A stretch of 64,000 nucleotides of DNA from Enterobacteria phage XTG1: sequence record KT184316.1. One strand, given 5' to 3'. A program made the translations under genes and the position numbers. Below are positions 62,040 to 64,000 of this stretch, piece after piece; position 1 is the stretch's first letter; each line of letters starts with the position of its first letter. Under the pieces are notes generated by a model that saw nothing but the letters and a program-made list of their open reading frames with translations, was not told the DNA's origin and did no database searches.

Positions 62040-64000
62040 TGCGCATGGTAAACGACCACGCAGAAGTGATTAAGAGTTCAACTTCTTTAGAGACGTCTCA
62101 AGCACAGATTACAATGACACCTGAGATGTTCAGCCTTTTGAGTTCTGGTGTATATACCTTTAAAGAAAGGGCAGTGATTCGTGAACTGTCATGTAACGCA
62201 GTAGATGCTCAGAAAGAAGCTGGAAAAGAGAACATCCCATTCCATGTGCATTTACCTACTCGTTTTGAGCCTTACTTCGAAGTTCGTGATTTTGGAACTG
62301 GATTGACTCATGATAAAGTTATGAGTTTGTACCTAAACTATGGAGCTTCTACGAAGAATGACTCTAATGACTACATTGGTGCAATGGGTATCGGCTCAAA
62401 GTCACCATTTGCAATTGCTCAGTCATTCACAGTATCGAGCTATGTTGATGGTGTTGTTAATAAGTACTCTGTTTATCTTGAGAATGGTATCCCTCAAGTA
62501 ACTAAGCTGACAACTAACCCAACAAAAGAACCTAATGGTTTAGCTGTACGTGTGGCAGTTGCTGACCACCGTATCTCAAAGTTCTTTGAAGAAGCTGGGA
62601 ATGTGTACTCATACTTCACTGTAAAACCAGAAAGTAATATTGAGTACGACGATGTATTAGCAGATATGAACGTCATTGCTCGTGAAGAAGGTGTTTATGA
62701 TGCCATGATTCATAAGCAAAGCTGGCGTTCTAGTGGTAACAAGACAGAGTTTAATGTGGTGATGGGTAACATTGCCTACCCTGTTAATATGGAAGCATTA
62801 CTTGGCGATGATTTCTTCAAAGTATTGCCAGAATTTTTCCGTAGGAGTGTAGACCTTGTAAACATCTACATGCCTATTGGTTCAGTTGCTATTGCAGCTT
62901 CTCGTGAAGCATTACAGATGAATGACACGACAAAAAATGTTATCATTGAGGCTACTAAAAAGATAACTGAAGCCATTACAAAGGATGTTATCAAGAAAGT
63001 TAATAGCCAACCTACACTCATGGATGCTGCACAGGCTTATGCTGAGTTACGTTTGAACTCACGAGAGATGTTTAATGCTGTGTGTCCAAAGCTAGAGTGG
63101 GGAGGCGTTAAGCTTGATTCTCTGGAAGAAGAATTGCTAAACATTCGTCGTGGGATTATCTACGCAGAAGACGGCTCAGTCATTTATGAACGTGACGGTA
63201 AAGGTAATATTAAGGTTGATAGGAACGGAAACAACATCCCTAAAGTAGATTACCTTTATGACCCAGTTGCTTATGTCAAGTTCAACTCTTTAGAGAGTAA
63301 GATTCGTGCAACAGCACTTTCCTACACTCAAGAGGCAAGTATGTTCAATATCTTTGGTGCAATGCGTAAAAGCCAAATTGAACAGTTTTTGTTCGTGATT
63401 AATGACCGTCGCAATAAAAACGGTACTGAGAAGACTGTAGGACGAAATCAAATCTTGCGTGGTGCATGTCGAGACTACGCTAACGAGTCAGGCCTGTTCC
63501 ACAGATACAATGGTATTGTGTTTGTATTCTCTAATGAGAAAGAGTTAGATGATTTAATCAATCTGCACAAACTTGATAAAAGCTTGTTAAAGATTGTGAA
63601 AATGTCTGATAAGGAGCACCATTATCAGCGTAAAGAAGCTGTGAGGGGCGTTGTAAAACTCTGGAAAGCTGTTCCAGCAGAAGCTGTAGCTTCATACAAA
63701 GAGGTATCAGAAGACCTAGACACAATTGAAGAGCCTCAGCTTTATATTAAGGCAGTAGGCGACACAGTTGATGGTAGATGTTTTTGCTCATCTCCAGAAG
63801 ATGTAGCTAAGTCAGTTGCTAATGTTACAGGTAAGACAGTCTATGTTTTCCGAAAAGCAAATTGGAAAAAGATACCAGAAGATTGGATTGAAGTAGATGA
63901 GAAACTCTTGAACGACAGCTTAACTGATGTTCACTGGATTAACCATAACAGATATATGACGCGTATCTATATGAATGGTGTCCTTGACCTTACAAGCAGT
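62040..64000 (+). CDS. GHKL-type ATPase domain protein, possibly rIIA-like; 3' end beyond window
   Basis: Bergerat-fold motifs ELSCNAVDA and VRDFGTGL, then GAMGIGSKS; open frame to window end; absent from ORF track, presumably because it has no stop inside the window. Confidence 0.45.

Overview
This window looks like a large segment of a tailed, contractile-tail phage genome, read by eye from sequence and the ORF track with no database search. It has four parts: (1) a tRNA cluster at 23-5184 with about 26 tRNA genes, a few small protein genes and structured spacers; (2) a forward-strand morphogenesis block at 5.4-29.2 kb (terminase, portal, S49 protease-scaffold, lambda E-like capsid, sheath, tube, tape measure, baseplate with an HxH spike, two HxH-rich tail fibres); (3) a reverse-strand early block at 29.2-40.3 kb (thymidylate synthase, DHFR, DNA ligase, family-A DNA polymerase, an HNH endonuclease) interrupted by two copies of a composite repeat; (4) a forward-strand replication and nucleotide-metabolism block at 40.6-64 kb (dNMP kinase, primase-helicase, SSB-like, 5'-3' exonuclease, NrdA/NrdB/glutaredoxin, NrdD/NrdG). 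The strongest candidate for a novel system is the adjacent PRPP-synthetase-like and NAMPT-like gene pair at 58755-61463, which I read as a likely NAD+ reconstitution, counter-immunity module. tRNA boundaries and anticodons come from manual folding and may be off by a few nucleotides; protein calls rest on recognisable motifs and gene order.
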